NCBI GenBank assembly: GCA_951406725.2
Contig: OX597823.1
Span: 11,036,001 to 11,100,000 of the forward strand
Length of the DNA stretch: 64,000 nt
Direction of reading: 5' to 3'
Origin: Octopus vulgaris
Lineage: Eukaryota
Part shown: in pieces, positions 13,982 to 26,423 of the stretch
Numbering within the stretch: the stretch's first letter is position 1
How the letters are laid out: the number at the start of each line of letters is the position of its first letter
Notes under the pieces: generated by a model
Seen by the model: the letters and a program-made list of their open reading frames with translations, nothing else
Told to the model about the DNA's origin: nothing
Database searches by the model: none
Made by a program: the position numbers and the translations under genes

Positions 13982-14877
13982 ATGGCAAGAAACTGGTCTG
14001 CGAGAGAGGTGCAATTGTTCGTCCGCGCTTGGAAGATCGCTGAGGACGACTCGCCGAACGAAATTATTGCTGCGGCGCTGAAAAGCAACAATTTTTCGAG
14101 AACCACCGCCCAGATAGAGCGAAAGAAGAGAGAAGTTATCCGTTCGTACGCTCTAATCAGGCAACATGTGGACACCCTGGACATCATCCTGGGAGGTGAC
14201 GGCAGCAGGGAGGGCCAAAAGGATGAGGAAAGCATCCAGAGCCAAATGGAGAAGCCTGGAACACAGGGAAACGATGACACATGTCCAGCTTCCAACACCA
14301 CAACTGAAGACCAAAGAGGTGCGATGGCCGCAAGAAAGGAAAGGCACCCTGGAATTGATGGGAAGCAGGAGGTAAAGGGTGACAGAATCAAGGCTAAAGG
14401 AAGCCCTGTCCAGAGAAAGCAGAGGGACCCCAGCAAAAACTGTAAGGGCAGGGAAAGAAACACCTGCAAATTCTACCTGAGGGGGACTGCTGGTACGGCG
14501 TTGAAGGTGCAAACTGTCGCTTTGCACATCGGAGGCCCTACCAAAACCGCACGGACGCGAGACAGAGGTCCCTCCCTCAGGGAGAACAAAAACAAAAAGT
14601 TAAAAGAAGGGAAAAAAGCGCACTGACCACTACTGAAAGACGGTATGCAGATGTGGTGCGCGGAAACCCAACAGGTGGCCAGCTTCACCCAGATGTGAGA
14701 AGGGCGGCAGCTGAACAGCAGTCTTTTTTGTGCATGGCACAAAAAATTGTTCAGCAGCTGACCTGGCTACAAGCACAAAGCTGGAACTACCACCACATAA
14801 GGCCACCTCCAACAGATGCAGGATGGCCACCACAGACACCAACACCAACACACACACCACAAAAATATTTCTACTGA
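13982..14877 (+). CDS. LINE ORF1 (~298 aa if one frameshift is corrected): Myb/SANT-like N-terminus plus CCCH zinc finger
   Basis: WSAREVQLFVRAW...IAAAL....FSRTTAQIERK..EV...Y. Adding one G in the G5 run at 14481-14485 gives CKFYLRGDCWYGVEGANCRFAH and joins ORF 14653-14877. Confidence 0.75.
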
Positions 14878-17832
14878 ATGTAGGAGGGCTGCTGCGCGGA
14901 AACTGTAAAAAGAAAATTTCATTCCTGAGAGACCTTGTGACATGCAATCAAGCTATATGCATGGCACTCACAGAAACGCATCTTGAACCCGATATAGGTG
15001 ATGCAGAAATACACATGCCGCAATATGCAGTCATACGCACAGATAGAAAAGGGAGGAGCCATGGTGGAGTTGCAATGTACATCCGAGATGACCTCACGCC
15101 CCAGGTCCTGCTGTCATATTCAAACTCAGTATGTGAAACTCAAATTGTACACATAAGACAACTGAATATCGTCATATGCACTACATATCGCCCACCAGAC
15201 GCCCCAAAACACTCAGGCATGTTTGAAGACTGCCTAACAAAAATAGGAGAAGTCCTCACCAACCTTGAACAGCACAACAGTGTATTCTTCATGGGTGACT
15301 TTAACCTCCCCAATGTGGAATGGCCTGGGGGGCAGATGCTCCCAGGGATGACACACCATCAGCAGGCACAGGTGGAGTCCCTGCTCCATCTCACAAATAC
15401 CTCTTTCATGGAGCAAATAGTTCTGCAACCAACAAGGGCAGATAATATACTGGATCTCTGCTTTACAAACAATATGGATATTATCCATAATGTTAATGTG
15501 ATGCCGACAATGATCTCGGATCACAACATAATAGAGCTGTCTATGTATGGAACAAAAGCCCCCGCAGACACACAGCCTATACGAAGCACCCACCATCTCT
15601 CCAACTTAAACTTTCATAAAGCCAACTGGAAGTCGATTGAGAAAGAGATCCTCAAACAGGATTGGCCTGAATGTCTCTCCACACCGGACATAAACATGAA
15701 ACACAAACACTTCATGTCCATAATACAAGCCATATGTGACAAATATGTCCCAATGTGCAGGGCCAGCACACACAAGAATAAAAACAGGATCCCTAGAGAA
15801 AGGAGGATTCTTATGAGACGACGGACAAGGATTGCAAACCGCCTGAGCAAGCACACCAAAAGTGGTGAGAAGTCTCGGCTCGAAAGAATGCTAATGGAAA
15901 CTGAGAAAAGTCTACATCAGTCCCATGAAAAGGAGAGAGCAGATAAAGAAGCTTGGGTAATAGAAAATATAAAATCAAACCCTAAAGCTTTCTTTAAGTT
16001 TGCCAAAGAGACAGCCACAGTGCACCAGAGAATAGGACCTCTCTTCCAAAAAGATGGCTCTCTCACAGGAAATCCCACGAGGATAAGTGAAATACTGAAC
16101 GAACAGTTCCAAAGTGTGTTCACTACACCTCTAGGACACAGGCAAGTAAACAACCCAGAAGAATTCTTTGCCACTTTACCTGCGGCCAAAGAGACAAAAA
16201 TTGAGTACATCAACATCGAAGATGATGATATCACACTAGCCATTGATGAGATTGACACAAACTCAGCTGCTGGACCTGATGGATTCCCAGCGATCCTTCT
16301 CAAATCGTGCAAACGAGCCCTTGCAAAACCGCTACAGCTTCTTTTTCAGAGCTTTCTTGCAAGTGGTAAGCTCCCAGTCAAACTGAAAGAGGGGGTAATA
16401 TGCCCTATCCATAAGGGAGGTAGCAGAGCAGATGCTAAAAATTATAGGCCTATCTCTCTGACCTCACACATCAGCAAAGTCATGGAACGAATAGTCCGTA
16501 AGAAACTAATCATGTTCCTTGAAGAAAATGACTTACTGTCTGACACCCAGCATGGATTTCGACCAGGTAGAGGCTGCCTAACACAGCTCCTGCAACACTA
16601 TGACTGGGTGTTGAAACAGCTACTAAATGGCTCAAATGTGGATGTAATATATCTTGACTTTGCAAAAGCCTTTGATAAAGTCGACCATGGTATGATCTGT
16701 CACAAACTGCGTGGTCTCGGCATAGGCGGGAAACTTGGAGAGTGGCTGCACAACTTCCTAAAAGACAGAAAACAGGCAGTTGTGAGCAATGGAGCCACCT
16801 CCAGGGAAACGCAAATAACAAGCGGTGTCCCACAGGGCACTGTCTTGGGGCCACTGATGTTCATAGTGGCCCTTTCAGACATGCCTTCAGTTGCTACGAT
16901 GACCACCCTTGCTAGCTATGCAGATGACACAAAGTCTCCCACGCAATACAAAACCCTGAAAATATTGCGCATCTGCAACATGAGCTGGACACAATATACA
17001 GGTGGGCTGAGGACAACAACATGCAGTTTAATGCAGGTAAGTTCCAGGCCCTGCGCTACTGGCACACAAAGGTAAATGACGTGAAGACTGGATACACTGG
17101 CCCAGGAAGAATTGCAATCCCTGAGTCAAAATCAGTGCGTGACCTGGGCATTGACATGAGCAATGATGCATCTTTCCAAATGCATATTGCTAATCTGGTG
17201 ATAAAATGCAGACGGCTAGCTGGATGGATTCTCCGAACTTTCAGAACAAGAGAGAAGGAGACACTGATGGTCCTATGGAAAACATTTGTCCTCAGCCGCT
17301 TGGACTACTGCTCCCAACTTTGGTCACCACACAATATAAAACAAACAGCAGAACTCGAAGCAACTCAGAGAAGCTACACAAAGAAAATCGTCTCAATGCA
17401 AAATGTCAGCTACTGGGAAAGACTGAAGGTATTAAACCTCTTCTCCCTGGAGCGGAGGCGGGAGAGATATGCAGTGATATACATCTGGAAAATCCTGGAG
17501 GGTCTTGTCCCAAACTTTGGCATTCAAAGTTACTCCAACCGCAGAACGGGCGCCGCTGCGTGGTGCCAAGGATTCCAACATCACCATCAAAATACAGGTC
17601 CAGATACTGCAACAGCTTGGGTTTCAGAGGACCACAGCTCTTTAACATCCTCCCTAAATGCCTGAGAGACTTACATGGTGTGGATGTGGGTTTCTTTAAA
17701 ACTAAACTGGATCTCTTCTTGTTGGGAGTCCCAGATGAACCTACCTCACGACAGGAGACACGGATGCGGGCAGCAGCATCGAACTCCCTTGTTGATCAAG
17801 TGCCACGTATCAGAGGTGGATTCACAAACTAG
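14823..17832 (+). CDS. LINE ORF2: apurinic-like endonuclease + reverse transcriptase (~1003 aa if two frameshifts are corrected)
   Basis: APE motifs LTETHL, GGVAMY, YRPP, GDFNLP, LDLCF and SDH. RT motifs NYRPISLTS, QHGFR, YLDFAKAFDKV, SGVPQGTVLGP and YADDTK. CR1-type C-terminus LDYCSQLWSP, SYWERL..LNLFSLERRR. Confidence 0.95.
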
Positions 17833-17908
17833 TGTAGCTCATTCAGCGGTGGTGCCCCAGCATGGCCGCGGCCTTGGGGCTAAAACATTTTTAAGGATTT
17901 AAGGATTT

Positions 17909-18382
17909 ATATGCATATATACATACATATATGTACGTACCTACATCTAAATGTATATATACATGCATATATGGATATAGGACACCAAAAAAAAAACATC
18001 GAACACAATGAGAAACGAAAACATAAAAATAAAACCAAGGAAATGGACATTTTTCTTAAACAAGAAAAAAAGAGTACAACACAAGGAACATTCCCCTTCT
18101 ACAGCCGCCTCTGTTTCATCTGCTCCGTGTTTCGAAGGTAAAGGTTTCGCCTTTACCTTCGAAACAGAGGCGGCTGAAGAAGGGGAATGTTCCTTGTGTT
18201 GTATGTCTTGTACTCTTTTTTTTGTTGTTTAAGAAAAATGTCCATTTCCTTAGTTTTGTGTTTATGTTTTCGTTTCTCATTGTGTTCGACGTTTTTTTTT
18301 TTTTGGTGTCCTGTATCCATATATGCATGTATATATACATTTAGATGTAGGTACGTACATATATGTATGTATATATGCATAT
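17909..18382. repeat. Near-perfect ~470-bp palindrome (foldback)
   Basis: Arms 17909-18144 and 18150-18382 around a 5-nt loop TTTCG, with a few substitutions and indels. Confidence 0.92.
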
Positions 18383-18420
18383 GTTTTATTTATGTATATA
18401 TATATGTGTATATATATATG

Positions 18421-18467
<47 letters not shown>

Positions 18468-18638
18468 GCATGTACATTATCATACTTATATACATACATA
18501 TGTATGTTTGTCTGTGGGTGTTTAAGAATGCGTATGTGTGTTCATGAGCATGTATGTGTACGATTCTGTGATATATATATACGTGTGTGTGTGTATGCAT
18601 ACATACACATACATATACATATATACATATGTATATAC

Positions 18639-18669
<31 letters not shown>

Positions 18670-18675
18670 GGTATG

Positions 18676-18739
<64 letters not shown>

Positions 18740-19401
18740 TATGTATATGTATATATATATATGTATGTGCGTATATATACATACATACATGCATGCATAC
18801 ATGCATGTGTGTACGTACATGTTCATAGACGTATATACACAATGAGATCAATAACGATTATTATCACTTTTAGGATTGCAATTGCTCTGAGACATGATTA
18901 AAGCTTTATATTTATGTATGTATGTATATATGTATGTATGTATGTGTATTTATATACAATTATACGTGTATGTGTGTATGCATGTGTGTTTATGTATGTA
19001 TGTGCGTGCGTGTATGTATACACACACACACATACATACATACAAAAGCACAAATGTTTTCTCTTCTCAATGCGCTGCACTTGGTACTATTACGTTTATT
19101 TATTTTTCTTTTTTGCTTTGGTTTTATGCTATTCTTTTTTTGATTTTGGTTAATTTTTGTAATTCTTTAACACTTTATCAGAAGCGTGCACATTAGAATA
19201 TTGTAAATAGTAAACAAAGAGGGGGAGACTGATCAACATGTATCTTCGGAGACAATGGTATGCCGCGGTGAGGTATTCTCACGTATGACTTCCATTTGAT
19301 AATATTTCTATTTTAGGCAAGTGCGGTTTATTCTAGATATTCACACGAATAGAAGCGTATCTATGCATACACGGATATATGCTTGAATGTATGAATGCAT
19401 G

Positions 19402-19459
<58 letters not shown>

Positions 19460-19848
19460 TGTGTATGTATGTATGTATGTATGTATTTATGTATGTATGT
19501 ATGTATGTATGTATGTATGTATGTATGTATGTATGTATGTATGTATGTATGTGTCTATGTGTGTATATGTGTGTATGTCTGTCTGTATGTATGTATGTAT
19601 GTGTTTATGTATGTGTGTATGTATGTATGTATGTATTTGTAGATATATATTTTGTGTACGTTGGTTGAAGTGAAAGGGTATAGAGATAATCAATACGTGT
19701 ACAGTAACAACGCACTCATACATTTATACACGCATACAGGCAAGAATACACACACACACATATATACATACATAAACACCTATATATACTTAAGTATTAT
19801 TTATATATGTACATAATATATGATGTGTGTGTGTGTGAGAGAGAGAGA

Positions 19849-19890
<42 letters not shown>

Positions 19891-19894
19891 ATGA

Positions 19895-19939
<45 letters not shown>

Positions 19940-20107
19940 ATTATAATTAGGGTTCAGCAAAAATTTGCTTCACCACATACCGAAATTTAGAAATAGCTGC
20001 TAAAACTAATTATTTCACTACCATAAGAAAATCTCCCAGACAGTAATACTCAACAACCCACGTAGGTAAAGAGAAAAAAAAATAACGAATCCATCCGGCT
20101 TTGATTA

Positions 20108-20190
20108 ACTGCATACGCGTTTCGGAGTTAGAGAGATGTAAAAAATGTAAAATCATATTTCTACTCACTCATTCCCCTCTTCAGTACAGT
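20108..20190 (-). ncRNA. Type I hammerhead ribozyme with extended stem II
   Basis: ACUGUA-CUGAAGA-GGGG..~46 nt..CUCC-GAA-ACGCGU-A-UGCAGU. Full core, 6-bp stem I, G-C closed stem II, palindromic stem III and GUA triplet. Confidence 0.8.
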
Positions 20191-20198
20191 GTTTCAAG

Positions 20199-20593
20199 GT
20201 GGAGGCGCAATGGCCCAGTGGTTAGGGCAGCGGACTCACGGTCAGAGGATCGCGGTTTCGATTCCCAGACCGAGCATTGTGAGTGTTTATTGAGCGAAAA
20301 CACCTAAAAGCTCCACGAGGCTCCGGCAGGGGGTGGTGGTGAACCCTGCTGTACTCTTTCACCACAACTTTCTCTCGCTCTTTCTTCCTGTTTCTCTTGT
20401 ACCTGTATTTCAAAGGGCCAGCCTTATCACACTCTGTGTCACGCTGAATCTCCTCGAGAACTACGTTAAGGGTACACGTGTCTGTGTACCCACTTGTGCT
20501 CATCCACTTGCACGTTAATATCACGAGCAAGCTGTTCCGTTGATCGTATCAGCTGGGACCCTCATCGTCACAACCGACGGAGTGCTCCTAATA
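20199..20593 (+). mobile_element. Full-length SINE family C
   Basis: 13-bp TSD ACAGTGTTTCAAG at 20186-20198 and 20594-20606. Confidence 0.92.
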
Positions 20594-20752
20594 ACAGTGT
20601 TTCAAGATTTTAAATTTGAGAGCACTGCAAAAATAAAACATACTTATCTGACCAGGCGACATCAGACAACATACATCTCACGACCAGTATTTCCGAATTC
20701 AAACAGACGAATGAGATATCGCATTCCTCCTCACTCACCCACGTGTGCTAAT

Positions 20753-21171
20753 ACTCTTTTACTCTTTTACTCTTTTACCTGTTTCAGTCATTTGACTGCG
20801 GCCATGCTGGAGCACCACCTTTAGTCGAGCAAATCGACCATGGGACTTATTCTTTTTGTAAGCCCAGTACTTATTCTATCGGTCTCTTTTGCCGAACCGC
20901 TAAGTGACGGGGACGTAAACAAACCAGCATCGGTTGTCAAGCAATGCTAGGGAGACAAACGCAGACACACAAACACACACACACATATATATATATATGC
21001 ATATATACGACAGACTTCTTTCAGTTTCCGTCTACCAAATCCACTCACAAGGCATTGGTCGGCCCGGGACTATAGCAGAAGACACTTGCCCAAGATGCCA
21101 CGCAGTGGGACTGAACCCGGAACCATCTGGCTGGTTAGCAAGCTACTTACCACACAGCCAATCCTGCGCCT
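20753..21171 (-). mobile_element. Full-length SINE family B
   Basis: Reverse-complement match to 28409-28830. Confidence 0.9.
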
Positions 21172-21363
21172 AATGAGTAAAATTCTACAGAAAAAACTGC
21201 AGTTTACAATCAGGGATAGAAATATATTATCAATAATAATAAAGGGTAAAATTAATTAATAAATTAATAATTAATAATTTTACCGAGTAGTTCGGTATCC
21301 ATTTCCAAGTAACTTTATACATGCACACACATATGTTTGTGTGTGTGTGTGTGTGTGTGTTTC

Positions 21364-21411
<48 letters not shown>

Positions 21412-21487
21412 GACACACACACACATATTGTGTATTATTTATTAATATTTTAATTGAACGTGACGTATCCATTTCAAAGTAAGTTTA

Positions 21488-21540
<53 letters not shown>

Positions 21541-21673
21541 CTGTGTGTGTGTGTATGTGTGTGCGTGCATGTGTGCGTGTGTATGTATGTATGAGTTCAT
21601 ACGTGTATGCGTTTATGTATGTATCCATATCTGTATACAAATATATACATATTTTCATGCATACATATGTGTG

Positions 21674-21740
<67 letters not shown>

Positions 21741-22164
21741 TGTGTGTGTGTGTGCGTGCGTGTGTATACATTTATATATGTATATAAAATATAGGTATCT
21801 CTATATACAATCATTATCCATTTTACACTAGTCTGTTTGTCTGTTGTGTCCGTACTCCACAATATGATTTTTCTTTATCTTTTCCATGCAGGTGTGTAGA
21901 TGTACGGATGCAAATATAATTCTTTTTTTTTTTTTTTTTGCTGGCTGTTTTTATAGAATCTGTGTTATAATATTTGACTAAAATAAGCCTATATTTATTT
22001 ATTTTTTTGTCTCCTTTTTTTAGTCGTTTGTCTGACAGTAAAGCAACATCACCAAACCTATAGTTTGAAGCATTTGTGGTTAATACGAATTAATTAACTG
22101 TGAGTATATTTGACTGTTTGCGTTTTTCATGCGTCCCTGCATTCGCGCGCTCATGTGTGTGTGT

Positions 22165-22196
<32 letters not shown>

Positions 22197-22254
22197 ACCT
22201 GCGTTTATACATATATGTGTATATTTTATGTGTACGTTTCTTTTTATCTATCAA

Positions 22255-22649
22255 CTAGCAGTATCGCCCGGCGTTGCTCGGGTTTATAAGGGAAAAAACT
22301 ATATAAGCATTTTTAGAGATGTAAAGCATAATAGCCATCTCAATATGGCTAACCACAAAGGGGGGGAGTGTTACTGTAGCTTTTTACGTTCTGAGATTTA
22401 ATAATAAATTTTTAAGAGTTACTTCCTTTATATATGCCAAAAGTGCATTAAAATGGGAAAAAATGATGGTAATTTTTTTTTTAATCGTAGACTCATCGTA
22501 GACGCGCGCTAATAGCCAGAAGGGCTCGATATAAATCACGACTATAAGATACCCGGTTTTGGTTAAACTGCACCGCAAAATGTGGGAGTAGTTAGGAATC
22601 TAAATCGTAGGAGACAAACAACACACAACCTCACTTTTATATATAAAGA
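22255..22649 (-). mobile_element. Non-autonomous Helitron
   Basis: CTAG and hairpin at 22255, with the TC end at 22649. Colinear with 5384-5781. Confidence 0.85.
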
Positions 22650-23211
22650 CTAGCAGTATCGCCCGGCGTTGCTCGGGTTTGTAAGGGAAATAACTATATA
22701 AGCATTTTTAGAGAGTTATAGCCAAAAAATAGCAAAAAAATGCATTAAAAATGGAAAAAAGACTATGGTAAATTTTTTTTTAAATCGTCGACTCATCGTA
22801 GACATTTTCTGTTTTGGTGTCTTCAAGCCATGAAGTCGTTGTTCTAAAAGAACGCTGGTCTCCTTGACAACGCTTTACGACGTTGATTTCCTTACACTCC
22901 CTTCCCCACAGCTTCACGAGGGAGGGAAGAAGGGGAGAAGCAAACAGGTGCAGGTGTGACCATGGACGCCAACTCCGCCGCCATCGACACACGAAAAATT
23001 ATGCATTAAAATGGAATAAAAAATGATGTTAAAATATTTTTTAAATCGTAGACTCATCGTTGACGCGCGCTAATAGCCAGACGGGCTCGATATGAATCAC
23101 GACTATAAGATACCCGAATTTGGTTAAACTGCACCGCAAAATGTGGGAGTAGTTAGGAATCTAAATCGGAGGAGACAGACACTCACACAACTTCACTTTT
23201 ATATATAAAGA
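22650..23211 (-). mobile_element. Non-autonomous Helitron with ~190 bp extra internal segment, head-to-tail with its neighbour
   Basis: Junction GA|CTAG at 22649/22650. GC-rich insert at ~22808-22995. Confidence 0.85.
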
Positions 23212-23692
23212 TATGAACGTAAATCCTGTTGTCTTTTTAGGAGAAATTTCTAGGAGTGGATTCCCAGTCCCTCGCTCCAGCCGCTTTTAGTCGCTTCTCA
23301 CAACACGCAGGGAATACGGCGACTGCATTCTACCGATCCTCAAATCCTAACCCCACCTCAGTCGCAGTCGCAGGGCGGTATGCTTGTTAACCCATAGCTG
23401 GAACCCTTACCGCTGCTACAACTCCGGGCCAGAGTAGACTTGGGGGACAATAGTGGCTAAGAGACGGCTAAGAGTGGATTGATGTTGCTCAAAGGGGCTA
23501 CGGAACTAGCATCAGCATGGCCGCAGCTCTGAGCTGAAGCTAGAAAGAATATACATATATATATATACATATATATATATATTCTCTCTAGTTTCAGCTA
23601 GATATTATATTCGACATCTTTGTCTATATATCTACCTTCTCTATAATGTTATCAATTGATATGAAACTTATGTATTAATGGAAAACCTCTAT

Positions 23693-23784
23693 TAATGGCT
23701 GATGATTGCTCAACATTTTAAAACTGTTGTAATACTTACAACACTTAATAAAATGATGTAGCGTGAAACGATCGTACCAAATTA
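23693..23784 (+). ncRNA. Type I hammerhead ribozyme with a long three-helix stem II
   Basis: UGG-CUGAUGA(23699-23705); stem II helices UGCU/AGCG, CAUUUUA/UAAAAUG and UGUUGUAA/UUACAACA; then GAAA(23765-68)-CGAUCGU-A-CCA. U-U mismatch at the base of stem II. Confidence 0.75.
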
Positions 23785-23811
23785 CCGAAGTTATTCTTGT
23801 TGCTTAGTTTG

Positions 23812-23872
<61 letters not shown>

Positions 23873-24135
23873 GCAGACAGACAGACAGAGATAGCGACAG
23901 AGAAATAGAGAGTGGGGTAGAGGAGAAAGCAGTCCACCTTGTATGTGTCTGTCATTCTTTTGGCTCCAGTCCCCTTAAATGCCAGCCATTACTCTAAATA
24001 CCTTGTTATGGCACCTCCTGCATTTGTCCTGGTAACGTGCAGTCTTACTCATTGTCAGCATCTTTCTCACTCGCTCGGTCTGTCTCTTTCTCCCCCCCCC
24101 CCCAAAATCAACAGCATGGTCCTTCAAACTCAACG

Positions 24136-24313
24136 GCTGTTTATTATGATATGAGACCACCATGTCGCGCACATATGGTTGTAATGCATGTGCCTGGTGT
24201 ACCCTTATCAGACGGGTAGTCATGATAGGTATACTGGGCTTCGTATATTTTACCCCAGTGTCACTTTGATGGCATGCACTGCTCTCTCACTCAATAATAA
24301 TAATAATAATAAT
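24136..24313 (+). mobile_element. 3' end of an (AAT)n-tailed retroposon (family E, probably a LINE 3' UTR)
   Basis: Ends GGCATGCACTGCTCTCTCACTC(AAT)n. Variably 5'-truncated copies elsewhere in the window. Confidence 0.8.
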
Positions 24314-24314
24314 C

Positions 24315-24920
24315 TTTTCTAATAGAGGAACAAAGCCCGAAAATTTGAGGAGGGACTAGTCGATTACATCGGCCCCACTGTTTCACTGCTGCTTAATTTA
24401 TTGACTCCAAAGTATGAATGGCAAAGTCGACCTCGGCGGAATTTGAACTCAGAACGTAGACGAAATACCTATTTCGTTACTACCCACAAGGGGCTAAATA
24501 CAGAGAGGCAGAAGTAATAATCATAATAATAATAATAATAATAATAATAATCCTTTCTACTATAGGCACGAGGTTTGAAATTTTGCGAGAGGCGATTAGT
24601 CGGTTACATCGACCCCAGTGTTTCACTGATACTTATTTTTCCGACCCCGAAAGGATGAAAGGCAAAGTCGACCTCGGCAGAATTTGAACTTAGAATGTAC
24701 GACAAGCGAAATACCTATTTGTTTACTACCCACAAGGGGCTAAACACAGAGGGGACAAACAAGGACAGACAAACGGATTAAGTCGATTATATCGACACCA
24801 GTGCGTAACTGGTACTTATTTAATCGACCCCGAAAGGATGAAAGGCAAGGCCGACCTCGGCGGAATTTGAACTCAGAACGTAACGGCAGACGGAATACCG
24901 CTAAAGCATTTCGCCCGGAT
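24315..24920 (-). mobile_element. Cluster of SINE family A units (young tail joined to old body)
   Basis: Three cores, with junctions CGAAATACC|TATTT at ~24469 and ~24715. Confidence 0.85.
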
Positions 24921-24950
24921 AATAATAATAATAATGATAATAATAATAAT

Positions 24951-25401
24951 AGCAAATATTCTGCTCAATACCACAGATTTGCTTGTCAGTTGTTTGACCT
25001 TAACCAGTTGAGCATGTCCCTTAGTGGCTGACGATATGTGCTTCTCTGATCACGAGCAGAAGTAGTGGGGGAGCATCATAGCCATGTGTTGAGAGGGATT
25101 CTTTGGGGTTTGAATAATTCACCTCTGGAAACATGGGTGGTTCTTTCAACATCCTTAAACAACCCTTATTCAGGGACCTTTTGAGCGGGATGGGCTACTC
25201 AACCTGAAGAAAATTCTAACTGGGCCCTACCTGCAAGGTCATGTGCTGTTTATCTTGATATGAGATCACCATGTCGCGCACATATGGTTGTGATGCATGT
25301 GCCTGGTGTACCTTTATCAGACGGGTAGTCATGATGGGTATATTGGGCTTCGTATATTTTACCCCAGTGTCACTTTGATGGCATGCACTGCTCTCTCACT
25401 C

Positions 25402-25474
<73 letters not shown>

Positions 25475-26115
25475 GAGCATCACCAGTTGAGCATATCCCT
25501 TAGTGGCTGACGATATGTGCATCTCTGATCTCGAGCAGAAGTAGTGGGGAAGCATCAATGCCCTGATTCAGTACCAGGCAGTGGCTCTCATGGCTTCTGA
25601 TCTTAACTGATTGGAAGTGTTATCATGTACATTGTTTTGTCTAGGTATAAAAGATGGACTACAGTAAATATTCTGCTCAATACCACAGATATGCTTGTCA
25701 GTTGTTTGACCTTAACCAATTGAGCATGTCCCTTAGTGGCTGACGATATGTGCTTCTCTGATCACGAGCAGAAGTAGTGGGGGAGCATCATAGCCATGTG
25801 TTGAGAGGGATTCTTTGGGGTTTGAATAGTTCACCTCTGGAAACATGGGTGGTTCTTTCAACATCCTTAAACAACTCTTATTCAGGGACCTTTTGAGCGG
25901 GATGGGCTACTCAACCTGAAGAAAATTCTAACTGGGCCCCACTTGCAAGGTCATGTGCTGTTTATCTTGATATGAGATCACCATGTCGCGCACACACATG
26001 GTTGTGATGCATGTGCCTAGTGTACCCTTATCAGACGGGTAGTCATGATGGGTATGCTGGGCTTCGTATATTTTACCCCAGTGTCACTTTGATGGCATGA
26101 ACTGCTCTCTCACTC

Positions 26116-26193
<78 letters not shown>

Positions 26194-26223
26194 TATAACA
26201 ATAATAATAATAATTATAACAAC

Positions 26224-26275
<52 letters not shown>

Positions 26276-26364
26276 GTAATAATAATTATAATTATAGCAA
26301 TAATAATAATAATTATAACAATAATAATAATAATTATAACAACAACAACAACAACAACAACAAC

Positions 26365-26423
<59 letters not shown>

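Noticed and set aside
15234-16906. Antisense ORFs within LINE ORF2
   Set aside because: Short shadow frames of a long sense ORF with no recognisable motifs.
18128-18200. GAAA and CTGAAGA near the palindrome centre as a possible hammerhead
   Set aside because: Stem III, the NUH triplet and stem I could not be assigned in any topology.
23285-23335. TTTTAGTCGCTTCTCACAACACGCAGGG resembling an I/Nimb-type retroposon tail
   Set aside because: A single short diverged match recalled from memory. Boundaries cannot be defined.
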